This document shows, in pieces, positions 8,831-19,292 of a stretch of DNA of 64,000 bases (its first letter is position 1; each line of letters begins with the position of its first letter). The position numbers were made by a program, and so were the translations under genes. This DNA comes from a bacterium (lineage in GTDB: Bacteria > Electryoneota > JAOADG01), in assembly GCA_963681965.1 (NCBI GenBank), contig OY820579.1, positions 3,584,001 to 3,648,000 on the forward strand, in the 5' to 3' direction. A model generated the notes under the pieces. The model had not been told where the DNA came from. It saw nothing but the letters and a program-made list of their open reading frames with translations, and searched no databases.

Positions 8831-9030
8831 CTTTTTGATGTCGCAACAATATCAACCATTCACTCTTCTCGGCGAGACAAATACAGAACCCTTCACAAAT
8901 AATTATTTATTCTTATTTAATAATATATTATAACAAACTCTCACACGATGTTTATTTTTTCACAATACTTCAGAATCCGATTTATTTTCGTTTCTTGCTG
9001 GTTCGCACTTGCATCTCTTTTTTTTTACTA
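8831..9030 (+). repeat. Continuation of the cassette constant leader after IS5
   Basis: Matches ~2463-2660 and ~5672-5872; diverges at ~9030, before the Fur-box-like site. Confidence 0.88.
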
Positions 9031-9485
9031 GTTTAGGAATAATTTCAATAATCATCTTTAATTATATACTCAATTATTCACTTATCAGGAGTGTGTTATG
9101 GTAAAGAATATTAACACCAATGCAATTTCTGCATTATCGATTGGATCATTCGCACAGGTTGCATCTTGGTTTGATTATTTAGCCGGTCCGAAAATTGATG
9201 ATTTCGGTCTATGGAAATCTGGTAACTTTCTTGTGGATCACTTCGAAACTATTTACGAAACAATCGAGGATTTTGTTCTTTTAAAATCAATTAAACTTTA
9301 CGACTGCAATCAAAATAGTGCTACTATTTCTTATTTAGCAGACGTTCCATCCAATACTTCGTATGCAGAATTTCAATTCAACGGAGTATTAGAAGCTACT
9401 ATGTCTGAAGTGGTCCCGTTTTCCTGGACAGTTTGTTAGTTAGATTGCTTTGCCCGATATTTTGATAGCAAGTATGGAGTTGAAG

Positions 9486-9788
9486 ATGTCGGGAATACGA
9501 CGGACATTATCGCCTGATTTCAAGGCGAAGGTAGCATTAGCCGCACTCAAGGGTGATAAGACAGTATCTGAACTATCAAGTCTATATCAAGTTCATCCGA
9601 ACCAGATCAGTCAGTGGAAGAAGCAGCTTTTGGATCATGCTGCATCGGTATTTGGCAAAACTGAATCGTCAGGAAGTGAAGAAGTAGATCTTAAGGAGCT
9701 GCGCGCCAAGATCGGCCAGTTAACGATGGAAAACGATTTTTTAGCAAAGGGGCTCAGTCGCTTGGGCGTTCTGAGCGTGAAGCGCTGA
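9486..9788 (+). CDS. IS3 transposase OrfA (HTH)
   Basis: FKAKVALAALKGDKTVSELSSLYQVHPNQISQWKK; overlaps the OrfB frame at -1, candidate slip site GATTTTTTAG near 9737. Confidence 0.88.
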   Translation: MSGIRRTLSPDFKAKVALAALKGDKTVSELSSLYQVHPNQISQWKKQLLDHAASVFGKTESSGSEEVDLKELRAKIGQLTMENDFLAKGLSRLGVLSVKR

Positions 9789-9811
9789 TCGATCCGGGTG
9801 CCCGTTTACCG

Positions 9812-10621
9812 TTGGTTCAGCAGTGTTCTTTAATCAAGGTTCCACGCAGCAGTTACTACTATCGCCCTGTTCCGCTTGATTCGAACAATTTGATGCTGTT
9901 GCGAACGCTGGATGAGCTTCACCTGAAGGTTCCGTTCTACGGTGCCCGTAAACTGGTGGTGGAGTTATCGAAGCAGGGTATCGATGTTGGTCGGAAAAAG
10001 GTTCGTTCCTTGCTACGCATCCTCGGTCTGGAAGCATTGTACCGCAAGCCGCGTACGACGGTTCCTGACAAGGAACACAAGATTTATCCGTACTTGCTTC
10101 GCGACTTGACGGTTGATCGCGCGAATCAAGTATGGGCGACCGACATCACGTACATCCCACTGGCAAAGGGTTTTGTGTACCTGGTGGCGGTGATCGACTG
10201 GTTCAGTCGCAAGGTGTTGTCGTGGCGGTTGTCGAATACGCTGGATACGCATTCCTGTGTGGAAGCATTGAAGGATGCGTTGTCGAAGTATGGGAAGCCT
10301 GAGATCTTCAACAGCGATCAAGGGTGTCAGTTTACCAGCGTCGCATTTACGGATGTTTTGAAAGAGGCAGGCGTTCGGATCAGTATGGATGGTAAAGGTC
10401 GGTGGATGGATAACCGTTTTGTCGAACGATTGTGGAAGTCGTTGAAGTACGAGGAAGTATACTTGAAAGGGTACGATTCAGTTCGCATTGCAGAGCGCAG
10501 TATCGGTGAATATTTTTTGTTTTACAATGCGGAGCGTTCCCATCAAGCTTTGGACTGTCGCACCCCAGATGAGGTCTACATCGATAGTCTTAGCAAATTT
10601 TCTTGTCAGGCAGCTGCCTGA
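9812..10621 (+). CDS. IS3 transposase OrfB (rve/DDE)
   Basis: [31 protein letters not shown]. Confidence 0.92.
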   Translation: MVQQCSLIKVPRSSYYYRPVPLDSNNLMLLRTLDELHLKVPFYGARKLVVELSKQGIDVGRKKVRSLLRILGLEALYRKPRTTVPDKEHKIYPYLLRDLTVDRANQVWATDITYIPLAKGFVYLVAVIDWFSRKVLSWRLSNTLDTHSCVEALKDALSKYGKPEIFNSDQGCQFTSVAFTDVLKEAGVRISMDGKGRWMDNRFVERLWKSLKYEEVYLKGYDSVRIAERSIGEYFLFYNAERSHQALDCRTPDEVYIDSLSKFSCQAAA

Positions 10622-11229
10622 CAAGAAACAGCAGAAAGTGGGCAGTGCAATCTAACTAAGATTCGCACAAAACTGTCCAAACGGAGGGTACCACCTCAGT
10701 CTGAAAGCTGGGATGATGTTATCAATACTATGTCCGTTAAACTAACATCACCACAAGACATAAACGCTGATTTAACAATTATAATGTCAAATTATTCCAA
10801 ACAATCGAGTGATGTTACGATCTACTTTGCAAACAATGTATATTCATTTACAATGAATTTCGCTAACCCAGCTGTAAATACCGAACTACTTGCATGGAAA
10901 CAAGCAATCATGAATTACCATTCTCAAATAGTTGTTAATTCTATTACATTGGAAGCTTGTATGCCAAGCTTGGGCACTATGGGGAATACTGGTTGTACTG
11001 TGGATAATATAAGTCCGAAAGATTGTGCATGTCTTGCTGCGTCTTGTTTAGTTGGAGCAGGAGTTGGCACTGGTGTTTTGATTATTACAAATGGATTAGC
11101 AGCAGGTTGGGGACAATTAGTTGGAGCTGTGGGTGGCTTCTCTGCGATTGGCGCTGCCAACTGGGCAGCTCAAAAAGCATATGATATCAATGTTGGGCGA
11201 GTAAGACTAATCCAGCATTAGGAGTCGTT

Positions 11230-11439
11230 ATGAAAAAAAAATCTGTAGTACTATATCTCTTAGCTTCATTGATTCTCTCTGTTTATTTTCTTTTTTCGGG
11301 AGCGAATCAATGTTTTAAATCGGGTATGGACTTCGCAGTGTTAACTGCTATCACGATGTATATTTGTGGATTCGCTGGTACAATATTGAGTGCTGCATCA
11401 CTGTTTAATTTTGTTCTCAAGAAAAATAGTAGTAAGTAA
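11230..11439 (+). CDS. Small 2-TM membrane protein (putative cognate immunity, cassette 3)
   Basis: 69 aa, AGGAG RBS overlapping the upstream stop, two hydrophobic segments. Confidence 0.65.
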   Translation: MKKKSVVLYLLASLILSVYFLFSGANQCFKSGMDFAVLTAITMYICGFAGTILSAASLFNFVLKKNSSK

Positions 11440-11504
11440 AGCCGAATCCTAAATTCATCGCGAAAATATCAAATCAAGTCTATTTACTCTGATAATTTTA
11501 CTAC

Positions 11505-11530
11505 AGGCGGACCGTTCGGTCCGCCTTGTT
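11505..11530. terminator. Hairpin between the convergent cassette locus and cytochrome c gene
   Basis: AGGCGGACCG-TT-CGGTCCGCCT. Confidence 0.65.
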
Positions 11531-11556
11531 CATTTTCCCACGATGGAAGTCGTTCG

Positions 11557-11964
11557 CTACCGCTTATGGCACTCGACGCAACTCATGTTCTTGTGGCAGG
11601 CAAAGCAATTTTCGTGCAGCGCAACCTTCGATTCCGAGATGTCGATCGGTTTCACTTCCTTCTGATGGCAATGCTTGCAACTCTCCACATGGTGGCAACG
11701 AATACATTCCAATTTAAAATCGGTGACGTGTTTCTTGTGATTGAAGATGATCTGCGTTCCGCCAAGATACTTCGTCTGGAAAACATATTCATCGGGAATC
11801 GGTCGTACCCGATTCTGCCAGTCGTATAGAATCGACGTCGAATCGAGTTTCTCTTTGACTTCCCCGGTCGAGCCGTGTTTCGATTCGGCGGGGGTCGATG
11901 GACTGGTTTCGGCAATCGCAATCACGAACATTGCCAATAGAACAAACAGAATAATGCGTTTCAT
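11557..11964 (-). CDS. Periplasmic tetraheme c-type cytochrome (c3/c7-like)
   Basis: Sec signal; FNHKKH; four CxxCH (CIRCH, CKHCH, CFACH, CVECH). Confidence 0.88.
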   Translation of the reverse strand: MKRIILFVLLAMFVIAIAETSPSTPAESKHGSTGEVKEKLDSTSILYDWQNRVRPIPDEYVFQTKYLGGTQIIFNHKKHVTDFKLECIRCHHVESCKHCHQKEVKPIDISESKVALHENCFACHKNMSCVECHKR

Positions 11965-11984
11965 TGTATCCTCACACTCTTCGA

Positions 11985-13193
11985 TTAATGCGTTGTCTCA
12001 TGCGTCAAATGCGCGTCCAGCACGTCCGCTTCGATCCCTTCGTGTTCGCTAAGTTCCGGGAACACCGGGAAGAATCGGGCAATAAAGTAAAATACCAGCA
12101 TCCCGCAGGTGAGCAGGAACAGCGAAATGGAAACTTCCGTATAGGCAGGATAGTAGTTCCAGTGCGAATTGCGCAACATCCCTATCCAACTGACATTGAA
12201 CCGGTTATAGAGAATGCCGGCAACGACCATGAAACTGGCAGTGAACAACCATTTGGGATTCATGCGCAATTTCTTGATTGCGATAATGCCAATCGGAATG
12301 ATCAGCAGCGCCATTTCTAAAATGAAGTGGATGCTTTCGAATTCGCCGGAAAATACTTTATTCGCAACGCCGCGAACGAACAGGTCCTGAATCTTGATAC
12401 CGGTATAGACGATCAAAGCGACTTGGAGAAAATACGCGAGTTCGATCAAAATCGGCGTCTCGAGACCGCGCTTGAAAACCCTCGCGCTGAATGTCGATTC
12501 GACAATCACCATCGCCGGACCGACTGTCACTGCCGACAAGAAGAATAGCAGCGGAATGATCGGCGTGTACCATAATGGATGCAGTTTTTCCGGGACAATC
12601 AAGAAAACCGATCCGAGTGACGACTGGTGCAATGTCGAAAGCAACACACCGGCAATAACCAGCGGAATCGTAATTCGCCGAAGAATTTTCAGCGGCTTCA
12701 CCAGATTGAATTTCTCGAGCACCACCGGAACGAATTCCAGAAAGAGCACGGTGAGGTATAGCATCACGCACCAGGCGACTTCAAACATCACCGAGTGTGG
12801 ATTGCCCATGATCATCGGATGCCAGACATTGAACCACTTACCAAGGTCGTACAACAATCCGACTGCCACCAGCAGATAGCCGAGAAACGCGGTCAAAACC
12901 GTTGGACGCACAATTGCATGGAATTTCTCGTAGCCGATGACATACACCAGAAAGCAAAGCGTGAACCCGCCTGCCGCCAATGCAACACCACCGACGACAT
13001 CGAAACTGATCCAGAGACCCCAGGGGAAATTGTCGGCAAGATTCGTGACCTGACCCAGTCCGAAGATGAACCGCTTGAGCGTCAGGATAGTACCTTGAAT
13101 CAGAATGAAAATAAAAATCAACCAAATAAATTTGCGCTTGAAGCTCATTCCGCGAATTTCATCGCGAATTGCAGTAAGAATCGTCTGAATCAT
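11985..13193 (-). CDS. NrfD/HybB/HmcC-family integral membrane quinone-interacting subunit
   Basis: PWGLWISFDV..GVALAAGGF, SVMFEVAWCVMLY, LSTLHQSSLG; about 10 TM. Confidence 0.9.
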   Translation of the reverse strand: MIQTILTAIRDEIRGMSFKRKFIWLIFIFILIQGTILTLKRFIFGLGQVTNLADNFPWGLWISFDVVGGVALAAGGFTLCFLVYVIGYEKFHAIVRPTVLTAFLGYLLVAVGLLYDLGKWFNVWHPMIMGNPHSVMFEVAWCVMLYLTVLFLEFVPVVLEKFNLVKPLKILRRITIPLVIAGVLLSTLHQSSLGSVFLIVPEKLHPLWYTPIIPLLFFLSAVTVGPAMVIVESTFSARVFKRGLETPILIELAYFLQVALIVYTGIKIQDLFVRGVANKVFSGEFESIHFILEMALLIIPIGIIAIKKLRMNPKWLFTASFMVVAGILYNRFNVSWIGMLRNSHWNYYPAYTEVSISLFLLTCGMLVFYFIARFFPVFPELSEHEGIEADVLDAHLTHETTH

Positions 13194-13960
13194 TTCTCGT
13201 GACCGCCTTTCTTTTTATTGCGGTCACTGTGTTCGGCGATATCTTCCGTCAGCGTAATCCGGCGATTGACGATCCATGACAGACCACCGAGCAGTAGTCC
13301 TCCGGTAATGACAATATTGGGAATCTTGCTCATCACCGTCCAAGTCAATTCCGGCAGCGACGTGTTGCCCATATCGACCCGGAAACCCATGTCGGTAAAG
13401 GGAATTCCCGAGAGCATCATGACCGAGGTACCACCGACGTCATTCTCACCGTAGATATAATCGACATATTGATTCGGGAAATTCTTGATGCGGCGTTTTG
13501 CGATCGCAAGCAATTTATCCCGATCGCCGAATCGCGTCGCTCCGGTGGGACACGCCCAGGCACAGGCAGTCTCCCCCCCCTTCTGGATCCGCTGAAAACA
13601 CATGATGCACTTGCGCACAACCGGTACAGCCTTGTCCCATTCGTACTTCGGTACTTGAAATGGACACGCCATCATACAGTACCGGCAACCGAAACACTTA
13701 TCGGCGTGATAGATAACCGGACCTTCAGGCGTCTTCTCCATTGCAGCGACCGGACATACCGAGACACAGACCGGATGTTGGCAATGCATACACATTTTGC
13801 GGAAGAATTGATTCCCGCGCTTCATCACGATGGTATAATTCTGATAATTCCATTTATCGTGAGGCGGGTTTTCGGGTAGATTGTTCTCTTCGGCACAAGC
13901 GCGCTCGCAGGCAGAACAACCAATACACTTGGTGAAATCGAGTAGAATCGACTTAGACAT
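13190..13960 (-). CDS. HybA/HmcB/FdnH-like 4x[4Fe-4S] protein with C-terminal TM
   Basis: CIGCSAC..C, CMHCQHPVCVSVCP, CFGCRYCMMACP, CIMC..CAWACP. Confidence 0.9.
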   Translation of the reverse strand: MSKSILLDFTKCIGCSACERACAEENNLPENPPHDKWNYQNYTIVMKRGNQFFRKMCMHCQHPVCVSVCPVAAMEKTPEGPVIYHADKCFGCRYCMMACPFQVPKYEWDKAVPVVRKCIMCFQRIQKGGETACAWACPTGATRFGDRDKLLAIAKRRIKNFPNQYVDYIYGENDVGGTSVMMLSGIPFTDMGFRVDMGNTSLPELTWTVMSKIPNIVITGGLLLGGLSWIVNRRITLTEDIAEHSDRNKKKGGHEK

Positions 13961-14450
13961 ACTATCCCCCCATGATTGCCAAAATGAGTCCCCCCCATTG
14001 GCAAATCATGAATCAAACGAGTCAATCTAGTAACAAGAGGTGAGGTGGTTTTTCGATGGAAGGTGGTAAATTGTGTAAAAAAATACGGATTCTCGACGGT
14101 AAATCAAAATCTCCTGTCAAATAATTATAGTATTTTTAGGAATTTAATCATTCTATTGATATCACTAATGTTACTCCATTTGTTTTCATTAAAGCATAAT
14201 TTCACAAGGTCGAATTTGCCAAAATTCCGTGTTTGTAAGTACTCGTATCGAAATCTTAGCACTGGTCATTAACTAGTTTGTGATGAAGAGTTACGAAGTA
14301 TTTAAACGGAGTAATCGTATCTAGAGGAGCGAGAGTAAATCTCGTATGACTGAGATACGTGAAATGATAAAATATTATTCCCATGCAACCTTCTTCCCGC
14401 AGGAAGCATCATACTATGCGTTGCAATCAATCGATCTATTTGGAAGGTTT

Positions 14451-16709
14451 ATGATTCTGAAACACAAACTACGCAATACAATCTGGGTACTTACCTTATT
14501 GTTAACGATGATTCTTCCCGTCCATGCGACCATCTTGTACACGTTATCGGGAATCGTGAAAGACGCCACTTCACGCGAAACATTGCCCGGAGTGACCGTT
14601 CGGGTCGATCCGATCGAAAAGGGCGCCATCACCAATATCGGCGGATTTTATTGTATTCAATCGCTTCCTCCCGGCGATTACACCGTTCGTTTCACTTACA
14701 TCGGCTACACCACCATCACAAAGCAGATCGCTATTGTCGATAAAGATCTCATCTTGAATCAATTGCTGCAACAATCCTCAATCGAACGTAATGTGATTAC
14801 GGTCGAAGGTGAGCGAGAGAAATACCGTCAGAAAATGACCGTAGGTGAAGTAAAACTCTCGGTGAAGCAATTGATGATGGTGCCGAAGATCGCCGAACCG
14901 GATCTCTTCCGTACACTCCAGCTCTTACCCGGCGTGCTTTCCGCATCCGATTTCAGCACCGGCTTGAATGTCTGGGGCGGATCGCCGGATCAGAATTTAA
15001 TCACACTCGATGGAATCGATGTGTACAATCCATCGCATCTCGGTGGATTGTTTTCGACATTCAATATGGATGCCATCAAAGAAGCCACACTGATCAAAGG
15101 GGCGTATCCTGCCGAATATGGCGGGCGGTTATCGAGTGTGTTGTCAGTATGGAATCGCGAAGGGAACCGCGAATCGTTTCAAGGCAAAGCTCAAGTCTCG
15201 GTACTATCCTCTGCGGCGACATTAGAGGGACCCATTCCGAAAGGGAGCTGGCTGTTGTCGGGTCGACGCACTTATATCGACCTATTCACCAAAGCGATGA
15301 AACAGATGAAGGCGACCGACACCGAATTTCCCTACTACTTTTACGACGCACAGACGCGTGTGAATCGCGATTTAGCAAATGGCGACCGGTTATCGGTCTC
15401 AGGCTACTTCGGACGAGATGTACTCGATTACAAAGACGACTACGACAATAAGCTCAATTTGAATTGGGGGAATCGAACTGGATCGGTGATGTACACTAAG
15501 ATCTTTTCACCCCATTTTTATTCACAGAGTTTGATTGCAATCTCGCAATACGACAGCAAACTCGATTTCGATGCCAATGGCGACAAATTCAGTTTCTCCA
15601 ACGGTATCACCGATTACACTGCCAAGATGGATGTTTTCGCCTTTCCCGGAAAAGACATTGAGCTGAAATTCGGTCACGAATCGAAATACCTGATGTTTTA
15701 CCTCCGTAGCGTAGGACAAGGAGAAGAATTCGCGAATGTGAAGGAACAATCGTATCTCGGTGCGCTATACCTGCAGACGAAATATACCCCTACTCCTCTG
15801 CTCTCGATCCAACCCGGAATTCGATACAACTATTTCCAGCGCGGCAATTACAGTGCAATCGAACCGCGAATTTCAATCAAATATCGAACTTCTGTAAACA
15901 GCTCGATTACTGCGGCTTTCGGTCACTATCAACAATTCATCAATCTCGCCAGTATCGGTGGTGGGTCGGGTTTCTTATCTGTGATGGATATTTGGGCACC
16001 GGTGGATAAGACGCTGAAACCGGGAAAAGCCGAGCATTACACCATGGCTTACGAGACCGAATTGACCAACGATATCCGCTTCGAGACGGAAGCATATTAC
16101 AAGAACTATAACCACATGGTCGAATTTAAAAATATTGCGACCGAAGAATCCGATCTCAAATCGCAATTCTACGAAGGACGTGGGTGGGCATGGGGTTTGG
16201 ATATCACTTTGCGGAAGGATTACGGCGACTGGACGGGATGGATCGGTTACGGTTTGGGTTTCTCGAAACGACAATTTCCGGCAATTGATAGTGGTCGCGC
16301 CTTCTATCCCAAGTGGGACAAACGCAACACCTTCAATTTGGTGAATACCTATCGAACGTCGAAACGCGGCGAATTGAGCGTGCGCTGGACTTATAGCACC
16401 GGTCAACCGTATACGCTGGCAGCGGGATATTACCGCTCCGCGATGCCGAATGACGCCGATCCCAACCGGTTAATTCCGGGTCGAAAAAACAACGCACGGC
16501 TTGCACCGTATCATCGACTCGATGTCGGATACACGATCAAATACGAGAAATCGTGGGGAACGATCTCACCCTACTTTGAAGTCATCAATCTCTATAATCG
16601 CGCCAACGTGTTTACCGTCGATTATGATTTCAAAAATCAACCCCCGAAGAAGGTTGAGATCAATCAATTCCCATTCTTACCGACATTCGGTGTCACGGCA
16701 ACCTTTTAA
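14451..16709 (+). CDS. TonB-dependent receptor with N-terminal CarboxypepD_reg-like domain
   Basis: LSGIVKDATSRETLPGVTV; plug motifs LQLLPGV, GGSPDQNLITLDG, YPAEYGGRLSSV; YHRLD; terminal Phe. Confidence 0.92.
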   Translation: MILKHKLRNTIWVLTLLLTMILPVHATILYTLSGIVKDATSRETLPGVTVRVDPIEKGAITNIGGFYCIQSLPPGDYTVRFTYIGYTTITKQIAIVDKDLILNQLLQQSSIERNVITVEGEREKYRQKMTVGEVKLSVKQLMMVPKIAEPDLFRTLQLLPGVLSASDFSTGLNVWGGSPDQNLITLDGIDVYNPSHLGGLFSTFNMDAIKEATLIKGAYPAEYGGRLSSVLSVWNREGNRESFQGKAQVSVLSSAATLEGPIPKGSWLLSGRRTYIDLFTKAMKQMKATDTEFPYYFYDAQTRVNRDLANGDRLSVSGYFGRDVLDYKDDYDNKLNLNWGNRTGSVMYTKIFSPHFYSQSLIAISQYDSKLDFDANGDKFSFSNGITDYTAKMDVFAFPGKDIELKFGHESKYLMFYLRSVGQGEEFANVKEQSYLGALYLQTKYTPTPLLSIQPGIRYNYFQRGNYSAIEPRISIKYRTSVNSSITAAFGHYQQFINLASIGGGSGFLSVMDIWAPVDKTLKPGKAEHYTMAYETELTNDIRFETEAYYKNYNHMVEFKNIATEESDLKSQFYEGRGWAWGLDITLRKDYGDWTGWIGYGLGFSKRQFPAIDSGRAFYPKWDKRNTFNLVNTYRTSKRGELSVRWTYSTGQPYTLAAGYYRSAMPNDADPNRLIPGRKNNARLAPYHRLDVGYTIKYEKSWGTISPYFEVINLYNRANVFTVDYDFKNQPPKKVEINQFPFLPTFGVTATF

Positions 16710-16724
16710 GCGATCGAGTACAAT

Positions 16725-17591
16725 ATGAAAAAGATAATTCTCATTCTAAGTTTATTACTGATCGGATTACTAACGATTACTGGCTGCGAGAATCCATCCG
16801 ATCCCGAGCAATTCGATCCGCGAATCGTACTCGATGCCTATCTGTCGATCGGCGATACCGTAGCCGCGAATTTATCGTGGTCGCAATCTGTGATGGATGT
16901 TTACGATCCGTTAGTAACTGCGATTCCGGATGCGCGGGTGATTGCTTATATCGACAATGTTCCCGACACGTTGCAATATCGCTTCGAAAGCAGACCGACA
17001 TACACCATCATCCACGGCGATACAGTGCGTGATACTCTTCGATACAGTCGATATTATTCCCGGACACAGATCGTGCACTCAACCACAAGTTATCGACTCG
17101 TTGCCACTTTACCCGATGGCAGAGCTGCCTACGGTGAAACCCGATCACCCTCTCCATTCCGAATGATCAGCGATTCAACTACTGTTCGCTCCGGAGATAC
17201 GATCTCATTCGGTCACGGCTATGGCGCACGTATGAAATTGAAATGGCAACCGGATGCGCTCGCTCAACAATATTGGTTAGTGGCGGTATGCCACGATACG
17301 ACTGCACCGAAGCTGCGAACGGAATCGGGAATGGGTCACGGAGAAGATCCTGATCGAACGTCGTATTGGACACAAGATGCTTCTGACGCGTTTGTACCGT
17401 GGTTCTTTTTTAACTATACCGGTTGGCATACCGTTTTAGTTTACAATATCGATCAAGCGTTCAAACGCTATCTTTGGACACTAAACCGTAATCTAGATCA
17501 AGCCGATAAGACCGAAATGAATGTGGTAGGTGGGTTGGGAGTGGTAACAGCATTCGGCTGCGATTCAGTTCGAGTATTTATTAAACCTTAA
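16725..17591 (+). CDS. Lipoprotein partner of the TBDR (DUF4249-like)
   Basis: Lipobox ITG-C; C-terminal NVVGGLGVV; directly downstream of the TBDR. Confidence 0.75.
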   Translation: MKKIILILSLLLIGLLTITGCENPSDPEQFDPRIVLDAYLSIGDTVAANLSWSQSVMDVYDPLVTAIPDARVIAYIDNVPDTLQYRFESRPTYTIIHGDTVRDTLRYSRYYSRTQIVHSTTSYRLVATLPDGRAAYGETRSPSPFRMISDSTTVRSGDTISFGHGYGARMKLKWQPDALAQQYWLVAVCHDTTAPKLRTESGMGHGEDPDRTSYWTQDASDAFVPWFFFNYTGWHTVLVYNIDQAFKRYLWTLNRNLDQADKTEMNVVGGLGVVTAFGCDSVRVFIKP

Positions 17592-17603
17592 GCTGCTATA
17601 AAA

Positions 17604-17635
17604 AAAATCCCCCATCCAGCAAGATGGGGGATTTT
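17604..17635. terminator. Bidirectional intrinsic terminator
   Basis: AAAATCCCCCATC-cagcaa-GATGGGGGATTTT between convergent genes. Confidence 0.85.
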
Positions 17636-17648
17636 CCATTTTAGAGTT

Positions 17649-18998
17649 CTACTTGATCAGTAACATGCGTCCAGTCAAAGATCGGTTGTCGGCAGTTAAG
17701 CGATAAAAATAGATACCGGAAGTATGATTGCTGGCATCCCAAGTCACTGAGTATGAACCTGCACTCTGACGTCCGTTTGCTAATGTCGCTACGATATTTC
17801 CGGTAAGATCGAACACCTGCAATGTGACATTACTTGGATGTGCGATCGAGTAACGAATCGTCGTTGTCGGATTGAAGGGGTTGGGATATGCCTTCGCTAA
17901 ATCCATTTCGACTGGAAGTGCGGGTGAAATTTCAGTCACGCCATTCACCGTGGTCTTGGTGAAGCTCCAAATCGGTCCGGTAACGGTTCCCCACGAAAAT
18001 ACCGGATCGACTCGCCAGTAATATGTACCGTCACCATTTCGAAGCGAGTCCAAGAGACTACGGGCTGTTCCACTAGCAGTAGAAAGCATCGGTGGTGGAT
18101 TCTGATTACCGGCATACACATTGAAACCCATCGGAGCGGGAGTCGACGGATATTGCCACTCAAGCAGAACAGATGCAGTCTGAACAGTGTCGCCATCGCG
18201 CGGAGCGGGAGTGCTCGGCAATGCTGCAGTCAGCGTCGTGAATGACCACACTGTACCGGTCGTGGCACCGGTTGCGTTCCGCTCATCGATCCGCCAATAG
18301 TAAGTCGTTCCCTGCGTTAAAGCCGAGGTTGTGTAAGAAGTTGTCGTCCGATTTCCAATCGATGCCGGAGGATTAGTTGTTCCGAAAAATACATCGCGCG
18401 ATGTAGCACCGGTTCCGGCAGTCCAAGTCAACGTATTGACACCGGGAGTGACTCCTGTAGCACTGTTTGCTGGAGAAGGATTGGTTGCGGCAGTCGGTAA
18501 CGGAGTTGATTGCTCATTACTCACAATCACTGTGGAATAGTTCTGACCACTGCTCTGCGACGAACCTTGATACCCTGCCAGATACATTCTAATCGTTCCG
18601 GTTCCGGCAGTTGGTGCTGTCCAACTGAATCGAACTGAATCCAGATTATATGTCGTCATGTGAATACCACCGGTTTCACCAGTTGCATTATAGGTTGCAG
18701 TACCGGTTCCGGCGGTAAATGAACCCGCATAACTACTGCCGGTACCGATGCGAACCGAAGCGTTGAAATTGCGGATGGTGGATCCGGAACTATGTCACAG
18801 CGTCAACTGATATACCTGACCGGGAACATAAGTCGTCGGAAAACCGACCAATACTAACGTACCCCCGCTGACGCCATGACAGCTACTGGCGCAAGTACCG
18901 CGAGAACCCGGAGCACCAGAATAGCCGGTACGCGAAGTAGTAGCCATGACTTGAACTGATAAAAGAAGGATGAAAAGAAAGCTTAGCAATTTCCGCAT
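17649..18998 (-). pseudogene. T9SS-sorting-domain protein (Reeler-like N-domain, FnIII-like repeats) with in-frame TGA at 18795-18797
   Basis: ORFs 18795..18998 and 17649..18659 share a frame and together are colinear with 19293..20636 (YQLTL*HSSGSTIRNFNAS vs YLLTVKHASGSVIRNFNAS). Confidence 0.8.
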
Positions 18999-19026
18999 TG
19001 TGATATCCTTTATGATTTGTTAATGG

Positions 19027-19041
19027 TGATAGCGATTATCA
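19027..19041 (-). promoter_or_regulatory. Putative Fur box
   Basis: TGATAATCGCTATCA on the minus strand vs the 7-1-7 consensus TGATAATnATTATCA, ~30 nt upstream of ATG 18998. Confidence 0.5.
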
Positions 19042-19292
19042 TTCAGGTTATCCTGATAGACAAAACGCTGCCCCCCCCCCGCATTAATTAAGAGTACGAA
19101 CAATCCTCTTCGACTGTGAAAGATTTCTCGTGGAGAATTGCATTACGACCCGAGTCACAATTTCCAAAATAATTGAATAAGTATTTACAATAAGTTGGGT
19201 TTGAATACGATTGCTGTAAAACAGTGCGTTATATGTACAAAAAAAAACCGGAAACTTCAAGAGAAGTTTCCGGCAGATATTCGAACAATTGA

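Larger units (their letters stand above)
9406..10698 (+). mobile_element. IS3-family insertion sequence (1293 bp)
   Basis: TG..CA ends with imperfect IRs TGAAGTGGTCCC..TGGACAG / CTGTCCA..GGTACCACCTCA; 3-bp GTC target duplication (9403-9405, 10699-10701). Confidence 0.92.
9098..11221 (+). pseudogene. IS3-interrupted gene for a ~275-aa protein with Cys-rich/glycine-zipper C-terminus (putative toxin, cassette 3)
   Basis: Removing 9406-10701 fuses 9098-9405 in frame with 10702-11221 (..ATMSESWDDVINTMSVKL..); tail CLVGAGVGTG..GLAAGWGQLVGAVGG. Confidence 0.8.

Noticed and set aside
4287-11530. Integron attC sites
   Set aside because: Hairpins are only ~25 bp, lack RYYYAAC/GTTRRRY ends, and no integron integrase is present
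18795-18797. Selenocysteine or recoded TGA
   Set aside because: It aligns to Lys, not Cys, in the paralog; I see no convincing SECIS hairpin; TGA is an ordinary stop in other genes here
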